Positions 6,695-16,059 of a stretch of 48,759 nucleotides of DNA are shown piece after piece. The notes beneath the pieces were generated by a model. That model worked only from the letters and a program-made list of their open reading frames with translations. It was not told where the DNA came from and did not search any database. The stretch is from the IMG/VR virus record IMGVR_UViG_3300029805_000004; one strand, written 5' to 3'. The stretch comes from a virus. Both the position numbers and the translations under genes were made by a program. Numbering within the stretch: the stretch's first letter is position 1; the number at the start of each line of letters is the position of its first letter.

Positions 6695-7997
6695 GCTGAA
6701 GCCCCTGTTCGCCGCCATACGCTACAAAATCATGTATGGGGGCCGAGGGGGTGGTAAGTCTCATTCAGTGGCCCAAGCACTGCTTATAACCGGCACAACC
6801 AAGCCAATGCGTATACTTTGTGCACGTGAAGTTCAGAAGTCCATCAAGCAATCGGTCCACCAGCTACTATGTGATTACATCGTCAAGCTGGAACTGACCA
6901 ACTTTTATGAAATCTTAGACAATGAAATACGTGGGGCCAACGGCACAACCTTCAACTTTGCTGGCCTTGCAGGTAGCACTGTAGACAGTATCAAGTCGTT
7001 TGAAGGTGCTGATGTCTGCTGGGTGGAAGAAGGTCAGACTGTCACCAAGCGAAGCTGGGACGTCCTGATACCCACCATTCGCGCACCGGGCAGTGAAATA
7101 TGGGTGACGTTCAATCCCCACACTGACCTTGATAACACTTACGTTCGCTTCGTGCTGCAACCACCACCAGACAGCGTGGTGATTAAGATCAACTACCCGG
7201 ATAACCCATGGTTCAGTGCAGAGCTTGAAGCGGAACGGCTGCACTGTTTAGCGACAGATCCAGACAACTACGCTAATATTTGGGAAGGTGAATGTCTGAG
7301 TGCCAGCGAAATGCAATTTATAACTACTGATTCAGTCCGTGAGTCCATGTCACGTCAAGCACGTTATCTTGGTGATGATCCACTGATTTGCGGTATCGAC
7401 TTGGCCCGTGGTGGTAATGATGACTGCTTCATCACCTTCAGACGCGGTAAGGATGCACGCAGCGAGAAAATCTACAAGATACCCGGCAAGAAATCACGTG
7501 ACTCAATGGTAGTCGTATCGTTGGTGACTAAAATATTGCAGGACCACCAGCCTGACCAAGTCAATGTAGATGAAGGAAGCATGGGTGGTCCTATCGTTGA
7601 TAGATTGAACCAGCTTGGTTGGAACGTCATGGGTGTCAGCTTTGGCAGTCGAGCTACCGATGACAAGCATTACAGCAACAAGGTCGCTGAAATGTGGGAT
7701 AGGATGCGCGTATGGATTGTCAACGGTGGTGCATTGCCTAACAATCCACGCTTGCTGACAGAATTAACATGCCGTGAGTTCAGCCACGATAATAAAGACA
7801 GACTGGTACTTGAGAGCAAGAAAGCGATGAAGTCAGGTCCAGATCCTAAGCCATCACCTGATTGGGCTGACTCAATCTGTCTGACGTTTGCCATTGATGT
7901 AGCACCGATTGAGCGTAAGGACCGTGATGATATTCATGGTATGCGTTTGCGCAGCACGCATGACGTTGACCCACTGGACGCAATGACCTTCAATTAA
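6669..7997 (+). CDS. terL: terminase large subunit (PBSX/Terminase_3-like)
   Basis: N-terminal RYKIMYGGRGGGKSHSVAQALL (Walker A) and VCWVEEGQ (Walker B). The GTG 6669 start is uncertain, but it must lie upstream of the RYK motif. Confidence 0.85.
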   Translation: MAHLQIPSKLKPLFAAIRYKIMYGGRGGGKSHSVAQALLITGTTKPMRILCAREVQKSIKQSVHQLLCDYIVKLELTNFYEILDNEIRGANGTTFNFAGLAGSTVDSIKSFEGADVCWVEEGQTVTKRSWDVLIPTIRAPGSEIWVTFNPHTDLDNTYVRFVLQPPPDSVVIKINYPDNPWFSAELEAERLHCLATDPDNYANIWEGECLSASEMQFITTDSVRESMSRQARYLGDDPLICGIDLARGGNDDCFITFRRGKDARSEKIYKIPGKKSRDSMVVVSLVTKILQDHQPDQVNVDEGSMGGPIVDRLNQLGWNVMGVSFGSRATDDKHYSNKVAEMWDRMRVWIVNGGALPNNPRLLTELTCREFSHDNKDRLVLESKKAMKSGPDPKPSPDWADSICLTFAIDVAPIERKDRDDIHGMRLRSTHDVDPLDAMTFN

Positions 7998-8000
7998 CGC

Positions 8001-8019
8001 TGTCCGACACTGTCCGACA
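8001..8019. promoter_or_regulatory. tandem operator TGTCCGACA-C-TGTCCGACA
   Basis: Read directly, immediately after the terL stop. The flanking TTAACGCTGTC is shared with the copy at 1614-1624. Confidence 0.6.
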
Positions 8020-8042
8020 AAATCCCCAATTAAAACAATAAG

Positions 8043-8071
8043 TTGGACAAGCCAAAACAATAAGTTATACT
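8043..8071 (+). promoter_or_regulatory. sigma70-like promoter of the virion operon (TTGGAC-17 nt-TATACT)
   Basis: TTGGAC at 8043-8048 and TATACT at 8066-8071. The 13-bp direct repeat AAAACAATAAGTT (8032-8044 and 8054-8066) overlaps both hexamers. Confidence 0.55.
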
Positions 8072-8098
8072 CCGTAAAACTATACAGGAGTGTGACCT

Positions 8099-8311
8099 AT
8101 GTGCGGCGGCGGACCTTCAACACCTAAACCACCAGCTATAGCACCCGTACTACCTGAAGCACCACAAGCGTCAGGTCGGGTTGAAGTAACCAAGAACAGT
8201 GATGATGACAGACGTCGTCGTTCTGGACATGCAGGCACCATCCTTACCGGGCCACGTGGTCTGACAAGTGACACCGGGGCTTCTCAATCTAAATCATTGT
8301 TGGGTGCATAG
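8099..8311 (+). CDS. small virion-module protein (70 aa), MCGGG N-terminus, C-terminal TILTGPRG...KSLLGA motif
   Basis: CAGGAG RBS 8 nt before the ATG. Pro-rich N-terminus and basic RRRR patch. In size, MC start and position it recalls T7 gp6.7-class proteins (weak). Confidence 0.6.
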   Translation: MCGGGPSTPKPPAIAPVLPEAPQASGRVEVTKNSDDDRRRRSGHAGTILTGPRGLTSDTGASQSKSLLGA

Positions 8312-8313
8312 AC

Positions 8314-8844
8314 ATGGCTAGTGGCGTACCTGCTGGCGGCAGATTGGTCAGTTCAAATTATGGACAGCCGTTTGCTCACATGAGGCAACCAGCCGGTGAT
8401 AAAGACTCCGACTTCAAGAAATTCAAGACACCGACATCCAACAACAGCGGCAAGACGTTCTGGCGTCGTAAAGGTCCGGGTGATGATGGTCATGATGACG
8501 TGTATCAATACAAGCGGTCCATCATTACCAGACCAGTGATGAGTAATAATCGTGGCCCGTTTGGAATGTTCCCACAGCAAGCAAGAGATACAGGACCGTT
8601 TAACACCGGCACTGGTCAACTGCTGTACTCACAAAGCATTAACTACAAAGAAGCAGGTCGTTTAGCCGGGTCCAGCAAGAACGGTGACAGGCAACCTGAA
8701 AAAGCCAAGCGTGCGAATGATCCACGGCTAGGCGGCAGCAGTACCAAACAGAACAAATCTAATCGTCGAAGCAGCACGATCTTAACGGGACCACGCGGCA
8801 AGCTAGGCGGGTCAACTACCACTAAATCACTATTGGGTGCATAA
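8314..8844 (+). CDS. disordered polar protein (176 aa) ending in the same TILTGPRG...KSLLGA motif
   Basis: The ORF fills the gap between the 70-aa gene and the portal gene. Its C-terminus NRRSSTILTGPRGKLGGSTTTKSLLGA parallels that of the previous gene. Confidence 0.6.
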   Translation: MASGVPAGGRLVSSNYGQPFAHMRQPAGDKDSDFKKFKTPTSNNSGKTFWRRKGPGDDGHDDVYQYKRSIITRPVMSNNRGPFGMFPQQARDTGPFNTGTGQLLYSQSINYKEAGRLAGSSKNGDRQPEKAKRANDPRLGGSSTKQNKSNRRSSTILTGPRGKLGGSTTTKSLLGA

Positions 8845-8845
8845 G

Positions 8846-10525
8846 ATGGCACGCGAAAAGAAGTCATACGACAAACGATTGGGAACCCTACGTGCAGAGC
8901 GTTCAGGGTTCATCGACTATTGGCGTGAGTTATCTGATATTCACCTTGCCCACCGGGGACGTTTCTTAACGTCTGACCGCAACAAGGGCCATAAACGTAA
9001 CACCAAACAATACAACAACACTTCACGTCTAGCAGTCAGAACGATTGCGTCAGGCATGATGGCAGGTATCACATCACCAGCACGACCATGGTTCAGATTG
9101 CGGACCAGTGATCCAGTGCTCAATGAGAGTGGCGCGGTGAAGGAATGGTTGCACGATGTTGAAGGAATGATGCGTGAAGTATTCAACTCATCCAACCTAT
9201 ACAACTCATTGCACGTGACCTACGCTGAACTGGCTGTGTTTGGTACTGCCAGCATGGGTGTATTCAGTGACTATGAGAATGTGATTTGGTGCAAACCTTA
9301 CACCGTGGGCAGCTATTCGCTGGGCATGAACGGTAAGAATATTGTTGACACTCAATACCGGGAATATGAATTGACCGTGGCCCAAATGGTTGATGAGTTT
9401 GGCCTTGAGTATTGCAGCAACCAAGTCAAGAACCATTGGAAGAAAGGCAGCACTGAAACATGGATCAAAGTGGTCCACGTCATTGAACCTAATGATGACC
9501 GGGATGCACTGAATCCCATGGCAAAACATAAGCGGTATCGCAGCGTCTACTATGAAGCAGCGCATACCATTGAGGACCAACATCAATTCTTGCGTGAGTC
9601 AGGCTTTGATGAGTTCCCAATACTGACACCACGCTGGGATGTAACGGGTGAAGATATCTATGGCACTGACTGTCCGGGGATGGTCGCGCTGGGTGATACC
9701 AAGACCTTACAACTGCAAGAGCGTCGTAAGTACCAAGCGATAGATAAAGTGGTTAATCCACCTGTTCAAGCACCATCATCACTACGCAACAAGATATCAG
9801 GCGGTAACTTGGTATCGGGTGAAATAGTGTTTGTGGATGACACGGCGAACGGTGGTGTTAAATCATTGTATGACTATCGACCAGACTTAGCTGCGATGCA
9901 GGCGTCTATCGACATTAACGAAGAGAGGATCAAGCGTTCGTTCTATGAAGATTTGTTCTTGATGCTGTCAAACAGTGACCGTCGTCAAATCACCGCACGT
10001 GAGATATCAGAGCGTCATGAAGAGAAGCTATTGATGCTCGGTCCTGTATTGGAACGTCTGCACACTGAGCTACTAGATCCACTCATCGACAGAACATTTA
10101 ACATCATGCAGCAAGCAGGAATACTGCCTGATCCACCTGAAGAATTGAAAGACAGTGTCATCAACGTCGAATATGTATCGGTACTGGCCCAAGCTCAAAT
10201 GATGGTCGGCATTGGTGCCTTGGAACGTACTGCACAGTTTGCTGGCAGCTTGGTCGAAATTTGGCCTGAAGCACGTCATAAGTTTGATGCACTGCAAGCG
10301 ATGGATGATTATTCAGAAGCCATGGGTGTCAGTCCTCACGTTGTCCGTAGTGATGATGAAGTGGCAGGCATTATGGATGCCGAGAAAGCAGCGGCCCAAG
10401 AACAGAAACAAGCAGAACAAGCAGCTATGGCAACTGACATGGCAGGCCAAGCCGCCAGCATGGATACCAGCGGTCAGAACGTATTGACTGATGTCATGCG
10501 TATGGCAGGGATACAACCAGAATGA
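8846..10525 (+). CDS. portal protein (T7 gp8 head-tail connector family)
   Basis: RSFYEDLFLMLSNSDRRQITAREISERHEEKLLMLGPVLERLHTELLDPLI aligns by eye with T7 gp8 RLSFAFMLNSAVQRTGERVTAEEIRYVASELEDTLGGVYSILSQELQLPLV. ATG 8846 is preferred over GTG 8837. Confidence 0.85.
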   Translation: MAREKKSYDKRLGTLRAERSGFIDYWRELSDIHLAHRGRFLTSDRNKGHKRNTKQYNNTSRLAVRTIASGMMAGITSPARPWFRLRTSDPVLNESGAVKEWLHDVEGMMREVFNSSNLYNSLHVTYAELAVFGTASMGVFSDYENVIWCKPYTVGSYSLGMNGKNIVDTQYREYELTVAQMVDEFGLEYCSNQVKNHWKKGSTETWIKVVHVIEPNDDRDALNPMAKHKRYRSVYYEAAHTIEDQHQFLRESGFDEFPILTPRWDVTGEDIYGTDCPGMVALGDTKTLQLQERRKYQAIDKVVNPPVQAPSSLRNKISGGNLVSGEIVFVDDTANGGVKSLYDYRPDLAAMQASIDINEERIKRSFYEDLFLMLSNSDRRQITAREISERHEEKLLMLGPVLERLHTELLDPLIDRTFNIMQQAGILPDPPEELKDSVINVEYVSVLAQAQMMVGIGALERTAQFAGSLVEIWPEARHKFDALQAMDDYSEAMGVSPHVVRSDDEVAGIMDAEKAAAQEQKQAEQAAMATDMAGQAASMDTSGQNVLTDVMRMAGIQPE

Positions 10526-10809
10526 GTGCGACTAAACAACAAAAAGCAAGAATGAGAGAGTTGGACGACGTGAAGATAGTTATGTCAACGGAAAATGGCA
10601 GACGATTTCTTTGGCGTCACTTGGTGGAATCGGGCATCTATGTATGCAGCTACACACCGGGGCAGCAGAGCGACCACACTGCGTTCAGAGAAGGTCAGCG
10701 AAATTCAGGGTTAAGGTTAATGGAAGAACTGCAACAGGCTTCACCTGAGTTATTCCTAACAATGATGGAGGAGAACCGCAATGAAATTGTGGAACGAGTT
10801 ACTAACTAG
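10522..10809 (+). CDS. small head-module protein, Bbp19-like (95 aa)
   Basis: ATGA overlap with the portal gene. In position and in the pattern (GRRFLWRHL...HTAFREGQRNSGLRLMEEL) it resembles the Bbp19 family of BPP-1-like phages, from memory. Confidence 0.5.
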   Translation: MSATKQQKARMRELDDVKIVMSTENGRRFLWRHLVESGIYVCSYTPGQQSDHTAFREGQRNSGLRLMEELQQASPELFLTMMEENRNEIVERVTN

Positions 10810-11452
10810 ATTACTGGACGAAGCAACTGACGGTGCCGATGGCGCGACTGATGGTGCTGCGTCTGAAACGAACACAGATGTAGATGACGCGGCGGCTGAT
10901 TCTGCGGGAAGTGAGTCTGATACTGATGGTGATGCAGCTAATGCTGACCCGGATGATAAAGGCGATGCTGACGATGGTAGCGATACTGATGGTGCACCAG
11001 AAAACTATGCCGACTTTGAACTGATTGATGGTCAAGAAATGGACACTGCAATGCTTGAAGCGTTCAGTCCTGAATTTAAGAAATTAGGACTAACTCAAGA
11101 GCAAGCGCAAGGTCTAGTGACTATTCAGGCGGGGATGGTTCAGGCTGGTCAACAGGCACAAATTGATGCTTTTTCGCAGCAGAATGAGGAATGGGCTACA
11201 GCAGCCAAGACTGACAAAGAGTACGGCGGGGACAAGTTTGATGAGTCCGTTAGCTTTGCTCAAAAAGCAGTTGAGACTTTTGGAACTCCTGAACTCAAAG
11301 AAGCATTGGATAGTACCGGGTTGGGCAACCATCCTGAACTTATCCGTTTGATGAATCGCGTGGGTCGTGCGCTGGGTGAGGATGTGCCGGGAGGTGGCAG
11401 CAACCTTACTTCAGAGAAGGACCAAGCGAGTCTTATGTATCCAACTACTTAA
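10781..11452 (+). CDS. scaffolding protein
   Basis: GGAGGAG RBS. Highly acidic, low-complexity N-terminal half and helical C-terminal half. Lies between the portal and major capsid genes. Confidence 0.65.
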   Translation: MKLWNELLTRLLDEATDGADGATDGAASETNTDVDDAAADSAGSESDTDGDAANADPDDKGDADDGSDTDGAPENYADFELIDGQEMDTAMLEAFSPEFKKLGLTQEQAQGLVTIQAGMVQAGQQAQIDAFSQQNEEWATAAKTDKEYGGDKFDESVSFAQKAVETFGTPELKEALDSTGLGNHPELIRLMNRVGRALGEDVPGGGSNLTSEKDQASLMYPTT

Positions 11453-11473
11453 CTAGAAAAAAGGGGCCTTATC

Positions 11474-12472
11474 ATGGCAACACTAGGTAACAACTTTTTT
11501 GACCTGATTGACTTATACAAGTCTAAAGATCCAGACGGTCAAATCGCAGTAGTCATCGAGATTTTGATGGAAATGAATCCGATCTTAGATGACGCAATCG
11601 CCGTGGAATGTAATAGTGGCACGAAGCACTTACATACCGTTCGTACAGGCTTACCACAGATTTCATGGGGTAAGTTGTATAAAGGTATTCCACAAGGTAA
11701 ATCAACTAAAGCACAAGTTGAAGATACAACTGGTTTCGCTGAAGGTCTTAGCACCATCGACGAACGCTTGTTGAAAATCTCAACGAACGAAGGTGCGGTC
11801 CGCTTAAGTGAAGCTAAAGCGTATCTGGAAGCAATGAGTCAAGAAGTAGCAAGCAAAATCTTCTACGGTAACTCAGCCAGTGCACCTGAAGAGTTCATGG
11901 GCTTGTCTCCACGCTACAACGATATGAGTGCTCAGAACGGCAATCAAATCATTGATGGTGGTGGTGCTGGTGCAGACAACACTTCAATTTGGTTCGTGTC
12001 ATGGGGTGATAACCAGACTCAACTGTTATACCCGCAAGGTACGCAGGCTGGTGTTCAACGTGAAGATAAAGGTTCACAACGCTTGCTGGATGGTGATGGC
12101 AATGCTTACTACGGTAAGGAAGAACTGTTCACATGGCATGTCGGTCTTGCGGTTAAAGATTGGCGTTACAACGCTCGTATTGCGAACATTGATATCAGCG
12201 AAGTTGAAGCCGGTACAGTGGACCTTTACGGCTTAATGCGTAAAGCCTACTGGAAACTTCAATCACGTCGCATTGCAGGTGGTAGTCAAGCTATCTACTG
12301 TAACCGTGACATCCTTGAAGGTCTTGATGCTTTGGCTACTAATGCCGGTGCAAGTGACTCGTTCATTCGTCTGAAGTCTACGGAAATTGAAGGTAAGGAA
12401 GTATTAACTTACCGTACCATTCCGTTGCGTGAAACGGATGCCCTTCTTAACACTGAAGGTTTAGTAACTTAA
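11474..12472 (+). CDS. major capsid protein (HK97-fold, podoviral type)
   Basis: 332 aa. It is immediately followed by a cement-protein gene and a strong terminator. N-terminus is MATLGNNFFDLIDLYK...NPILDD. Confidence 0.8.
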   Translation: MATLGNNFFDLIDLYKSKDPDGQIAVVIEILMEMNPILDDAIAVECNSGTKHLHTVRTGLPQISWGKLYKGIPQGKSTKAQVEDTTGFAEGLSTIDERLLKISTNEGAVRLSEAKAYLEAMSQEVASKIFYGNSASAPEEFMGLSPRYNDMSAQNGNQIIDGGGAGADNTSIWFVSWGDNQTQLLYPQGTQAGVQREDKGSQRLLDGDGNAYYGKEELFTWHVGLAVKDWRYNARIANIDISEVEAGTVDLYGLMRKAYWKLQSRRIAGGSQAIYCNRDILEGLDALATNAGASDSFIRLKSTEIEGKEVLTYRTIPLRETDALLNTEGLVT

Positions 12473-12494
12473 TCGCTGACTAGGAGAAATTGAA

Positions 12495-12926
12495 ATGATT
12501 TTATCAGCACAACAACTGTTCTCAGACCAACAAGCGATTACAGGTAATGCAGACTCTACCAACGTAATCGACACGGGCGTTCGTGGCACACCTTACGGTG
12601 CTGCTGCTGCCTTAGTTGGTGACTTAGGTCCCGGTAACAAGATCCCATTATTGGTTCAAGTTACTGAGGACTTCAACACTCTAACGTCGTTGACTATCAA
12701 AGTGTCAACGGGTGCAACTACTGCGCTGGGTACTGAAATCTTGTCACAAACAATTCTGCTTGCAGACTTGGTGGCAGGTAAACAGACCAGCTTTGATGTC
12801 GTACCTAACGATGTGACAGAGCGTTACTTGGGCATGGAGTATGTCGTCAATGGCACTAACCCTACAACGGGTAAAGTGACAGCCGGTATCTCAATGGGTA
12901 ATCAAACCAACGTCCACGGCGTATAA
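12495..12926 (+). CDS. capsid cement/decoration protein (Bbp16-like)
   Basis: 143 aa. The pattern STNVIDTG...GPGNKIPLLVQV...ERYLGMEY...GKVTAGI fits the BPP-1 cement protein family as I remember it. Strong RBS. Confidence 0.6.
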   Translation: MILSAQQLFSDQQAITGNADSTNVIDTGVRGTPYGAAAALVGDLGPGNKIPLLVQVTEDFNTLTSLTIKVSTGATTALGTEILSQTILLADLVAGKQTSFDVVPNDVTERYLGMEYVVNGTNPTTGKVTAGISMGNQTNVHGV

Positions 12927-12948
12927 CCGTCACGACGTTTAACTTAGT

Positions 12949-12980
12949 AAGTGGGGCTGTTATGCAGTCCCACTTCTTTT
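12949..12980 (+). terminator. rho-independent terminator after the capsid genes
   Basis: An 11-bp stem aagtggggctg / cagtcccactt (one G-U pair), a 5-nt loop, then cTTTT. Confidence 0.75.
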
Positions 12981-12997
12981 AACTAAAGGAAATTGAA

Positions 12998-13306
12998 ATG
13001 CCTACATATAAAACGTCAGAAAAGTGTTACATCGGTGATGTCGTGCGCGAAGCTGGCACTACCTTCACCCTTGAAAAAGCGTTGCCTAAAGTGCCAAAGT
13101 ATTTGAAGCAGATGGACCTTACACCGGGCCAAAAAGCAGCAGCTACCAAAGCAGCTAATAAAGCAGCAGCAGAAGCGCAGGCGTCACAAGATGCCATGGA
13201 TGCAGCTTCACCCACGTCGGCTGATGATGCAGAAGCTACCGATGATGAATCAAAATTGGATTTCACCGGCACAACCGGCACCACTGATGAACCGACAACT
13301 CTATAA
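12998..13306 (+). CDS. hypothetical Ala/Asp-rich protein (102 aa)
   Basis: AAAGGAaattgaaATG start. Low-complexity C-terminal half. Confidence 0.55.
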   Translation: MPTYKTSEKCYIGDVVREAGTTFTLEKALPKVPKYLKQMDLTPGQKAAATKAANKAAAEAQASQDAMDAASPTSADDAEATDDESKLDFTGTTGTTDEPTTL

Positions 13307-13316
13307 GGTTTAAGCC

Positions 13317-13985
13317 ATGACTAGTCAGGTTGAAATATGTAACATCGCACTGTCAAACATTCGTGCCAAGAGTATTAACAATATCAACGAAGCGAGTGTT
13401 AATGCGCAGTATTGCAAGTTGAAGTACGATTTAGTATTAGACTTCATGCTGCGTTCAAGTCCATGGAACTTCGCTAAAAAGCAGACGGCGTTGGCCTTGC
13501 TTGAAAGTGAACTGTTTGGGTGGATTTACGCCTATCAGTATCCAACAGATTGTCTACGCATAAACCGATTGATGAGTGCGGTAGACCAACTGGCCTTGAG
13601 TGATGACGGCTACGCATTTCGACCTGACTATTATTCTCATGATCCACTGCTTGACCATGCCAACCATCGGGTTGCCGTCAAGTATGAAGTGCTGACTTTC
13701 AGCAACAATAAAGTTATCGGTGTCAACCAGCCTGAAGTGTGGGTTGACTACCAGTTCAGTGTGACCGATCCAAACGAATACGACAGCAGCTTTATCATGG
13801 CCTTTGCGTGGTACTTGGCGGCTGAGATAGCCGTACCTGTTATCGGCGGTGATAACGGACGTGCAGAGCGCGGTGCAGCGTTACAAATGTATAAGGCAAC
13901 ACTTGCTGAAGCGATGGCAATGGATTCAAACGAGCAGAACAATGGTCCACCACGTGAAAGCGAATTTATATTAACTAGGAGTTAG
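13317..13985 (+). CDS. tail tubular protein A / adaptor (T7 gp11-like)
   Basis: 222 aa. The N-terminal ICNIALSNIRAKSINNINEAS...SSPWNF pattern resembles gp11-type adaptors. Position follows the T7 gene order. Confidence 0.65.
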   Translation: MTSQVEICNIALSNIRAKSINNINEASVNAQYCKLKYDLVLDFMLRSSPWNFAKKQTALALLESELFGWIYAYQYPTDCLRINRLMSAVDQLALSDDGYAFRPDYYSHDPLLDHANHRVAVKYEVLTFSNNKVIGVNQPEVWVDYQFSVTDPNEYDSSFIMAFAWYLAAEIAVPVIGGDNGRAERGAALQMYKATLAEAMAMDSNEQNNGPPRESEFILTRS

Positions 13986-13989
13986 CCTA

Positions 13990-16059
13990 ATGCCAGCGGT
14001 TTTGCAACGCAGTTTTACATCGGGTGAATTAGCACCGGGACTACGAGTACGGGCCGACCTTGGTAAATACGCCACGGGTCTGACCAAGATGAAGAACTTC
14101 ATGGTTGTATCACAAGGCGGTGCTTATTCCCGGCCCGGTATGCGCTATGTCGGTGAACTCGGTGACTCAAGCAAGCGTGGTCGGTTGGTATCCTTCGCGT
14201 TCAATGTTGAGCAGACCTACATCCTAGTGTTTGAACATCTTAAAATGCGCGTCGTTAAAGATGGCGGCTATGTGATGGATGGTGCCAATCCTTACGAGAT
14301 CACAACACTCTACACTGAAGCGATGTTGTCACGCATTGCGTTCACTCAATCTGCTGACGTGATGACCATAGTTCATCCTGATGTAGATCCACAAAATTTA
14401 AGCCGGTTGGCAGATGACAACTGGACCATTGCAGCAGTGGACTTCACACCTACCACATCAATACCCGGCAACATCGTCGGTGTGGCAACAGGTGAAGGTG
14501 GCGGTACTTACGATAAAACGTATGAGTACGTGGTCACAGCCGTAGGGGAAGATAACTCAGAATCATTGGCGTCAAGTGAAATCAGCATCACCTTGAGTTC
14601 ATTGTCAGGCACCTATGGAGTCAAGATAACGTGGGACGCTGTGACTGATGCGCAATACTACAAAATATATAAGTCTGACTCAGTCAACACCAGTGTGTAT
14701 GGCTGGATTGGCGAGTCGAAATCATTAGAGTTTAGTGACTTCAACATCGCACCAGACACCACCGTGTCACCACCTGAAGATAGAACACCGTTTGATGGTG
14801 CAAATAATAACCCCGGTGCTGTGAACTACTACCAGCAACGTCAGATATTCGGTAACACCATCGACGAACCACAGACATTGTGGACCACACAGACTTCCAA
14901 TTATGTATCGCTGAGAACATCCAGTCCTGCACGTGCTGATGATGCTGTCACGCTGACCATTGCAGGTCGTCAAGTGAATGAGATACGCCACATCATTGCC
15001 TTGGATGCGTTGATTGTAATGACGTCAGGCGGCGAGTGGTTGGTCACTGAAGGTCAAGATGAAGTGTTGGCACCTGATACAGTCGGTGTACGGATTCAAA
15101 CGTATAACGGTTCATCCTATGTACCACCTGTCGTTATCAATGACACCGTGGTGTATGTTCAGGAAAAAGGTGCCAAGGTGCGTGACTTAGGCTACACCTT
15201 CAGCAGCGATAAGTATCAAGGCAACGATTTATCCATCATGTCTGAGCACCTATTCAAAAATCATGAGATTGAAGAAATGGCTTATGCTGCTACACCGTAT
15301 GGCATATTGTGGTGTGTACGTGAAGATGGTGTTTTATTGGGCATGACCTACCAGCGTGAGCACGAAGTATGGGGGTGGCACCAACATGATACCCAAGGAA
15401 ATTTTGAATCCGTATCGTCCATCACTGAAGGTCAACGTGATGCAGTGTATGTGATTGTTAATCGAACGATTGATGGCAACACGGTCCGCTATATTGAACG
15501 CATTGAAGAACGTGAAGAGGATAATGCTGAAGATTGTTTCTATGTCGATAGTGGATTGAGCTATGAAGGTTCACCCGCCACTGTGATATCAGGACTGGAC
15601 CATCTTGAAGGTGAAGATGTTGTGGTACTGGCAGACGGTAATGAAGTGCCGGGTTTAACCGTGGTCAGTGGGACCATTACACTACCGCGTGCCGCCAGCA
15701 AGGTCCATGTCGGTCTGTACTATGAACCTGAATTGATCACCTTGGGAATTGATGATCCTAAAGAAGTTATCCGGGGTGCAAACAAATCGGTATCTGAAGT
15801 CACCATGGTGGTAGAAAACACACGTGGCGGCTGGGTTGGTCCTGTACTGGATGGTCAAACAGACTTAGATGCAGACATGCTTGAAATCAAACCGCGCTAT
15901 CCTGATGACGACTACGACACGATGAAACTCAGGTCTTTTGAGGAAGTCATCAACATTGCAGCAGGCTGGTCAGACGATGGTAGAATCCGTATCACTCAAC
16001 GTGCACCACTACCGATGGCTATTCTTGCATTAGTTCCAAACGTGGATATCGGTGGATGA
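13990..16059 (+). CDS. tail tubular protein B / nozzle (T7 gp12-like)
   Basis: 689 aa. The N-terminus RSFTSGELAPGLRVRADLGKYATGL...GGAYSRPG is typical of podoviral nozzle proteins. Follows the adaptor gene. Confidence 0.65.
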   Translation: MPAVLQRSFTSGELAPGLRVRADLGKYATGLTKMKNFMVVSQGGAYSRPGMRYVGELGDSSKRGRLVSFAFNVEQTYILVFEHLKMRVVKDGGYVMDGANPYEITTLYTEAMLSRIAFTQSADVMTIVHPDVDPQNLSRLADDNWTIAAVDFTPTTSIPGNIVGVATGEGGGTYDKTYEYVVTAVGEDNSESLASSEISITLSSLSGTYGVKITWDAVTDAQYYKIYKSDSVNTSVYGWIGESKSLEFSDFNIAPDTTVSPPEDRTPFDGANNNPGAVNYYQQRQIFGNTIDEPQTLWTTQTSNYVSLRTSSPARADDAVTLTIAGRQVNEIRHIIALDALIVMTSGGEWLVTEGQDEVLAPDTVGVRIQTYNGSSYVPPVVINDTVVYVQEKGAKVRDLGYTFSSDKYQGNDLSIMSEHLFKNHEIEEMAYAATPYGILWCVREDGVLLGMTYQREHEVWGWHQHDTQGNFESVSSITEGQRDAVYVIVNRTIDGNTVRYIERIEEREEDNAEDCFYVDSGLSYEGSPATVISGLDHLEGEDVVVLADGNEVPGLTVVSGTITLPRAASKVHVGLYYEPELITLGIDDPKEVIRGANKSVSEVTMVVENTRGGWVGPVLDGQTDLDADMLEIKPRYPDDDYDTMKLRSFEEVINIAAGWSDDGRIRITQRAPLPMAILALVPNVDIGG

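Noticed and set aside
8080-8274. 64-aa minus-strand ORF opposite the MCGGG gene, and 8353-8619 / 8643-8867 opposite the 176-aa gene
   Set aside because: They are antisense to genes that have an RBS, a promoter and a shared C-terminal motif. They would be isolated minus-strand genes in the middle of the rightward virion operon.
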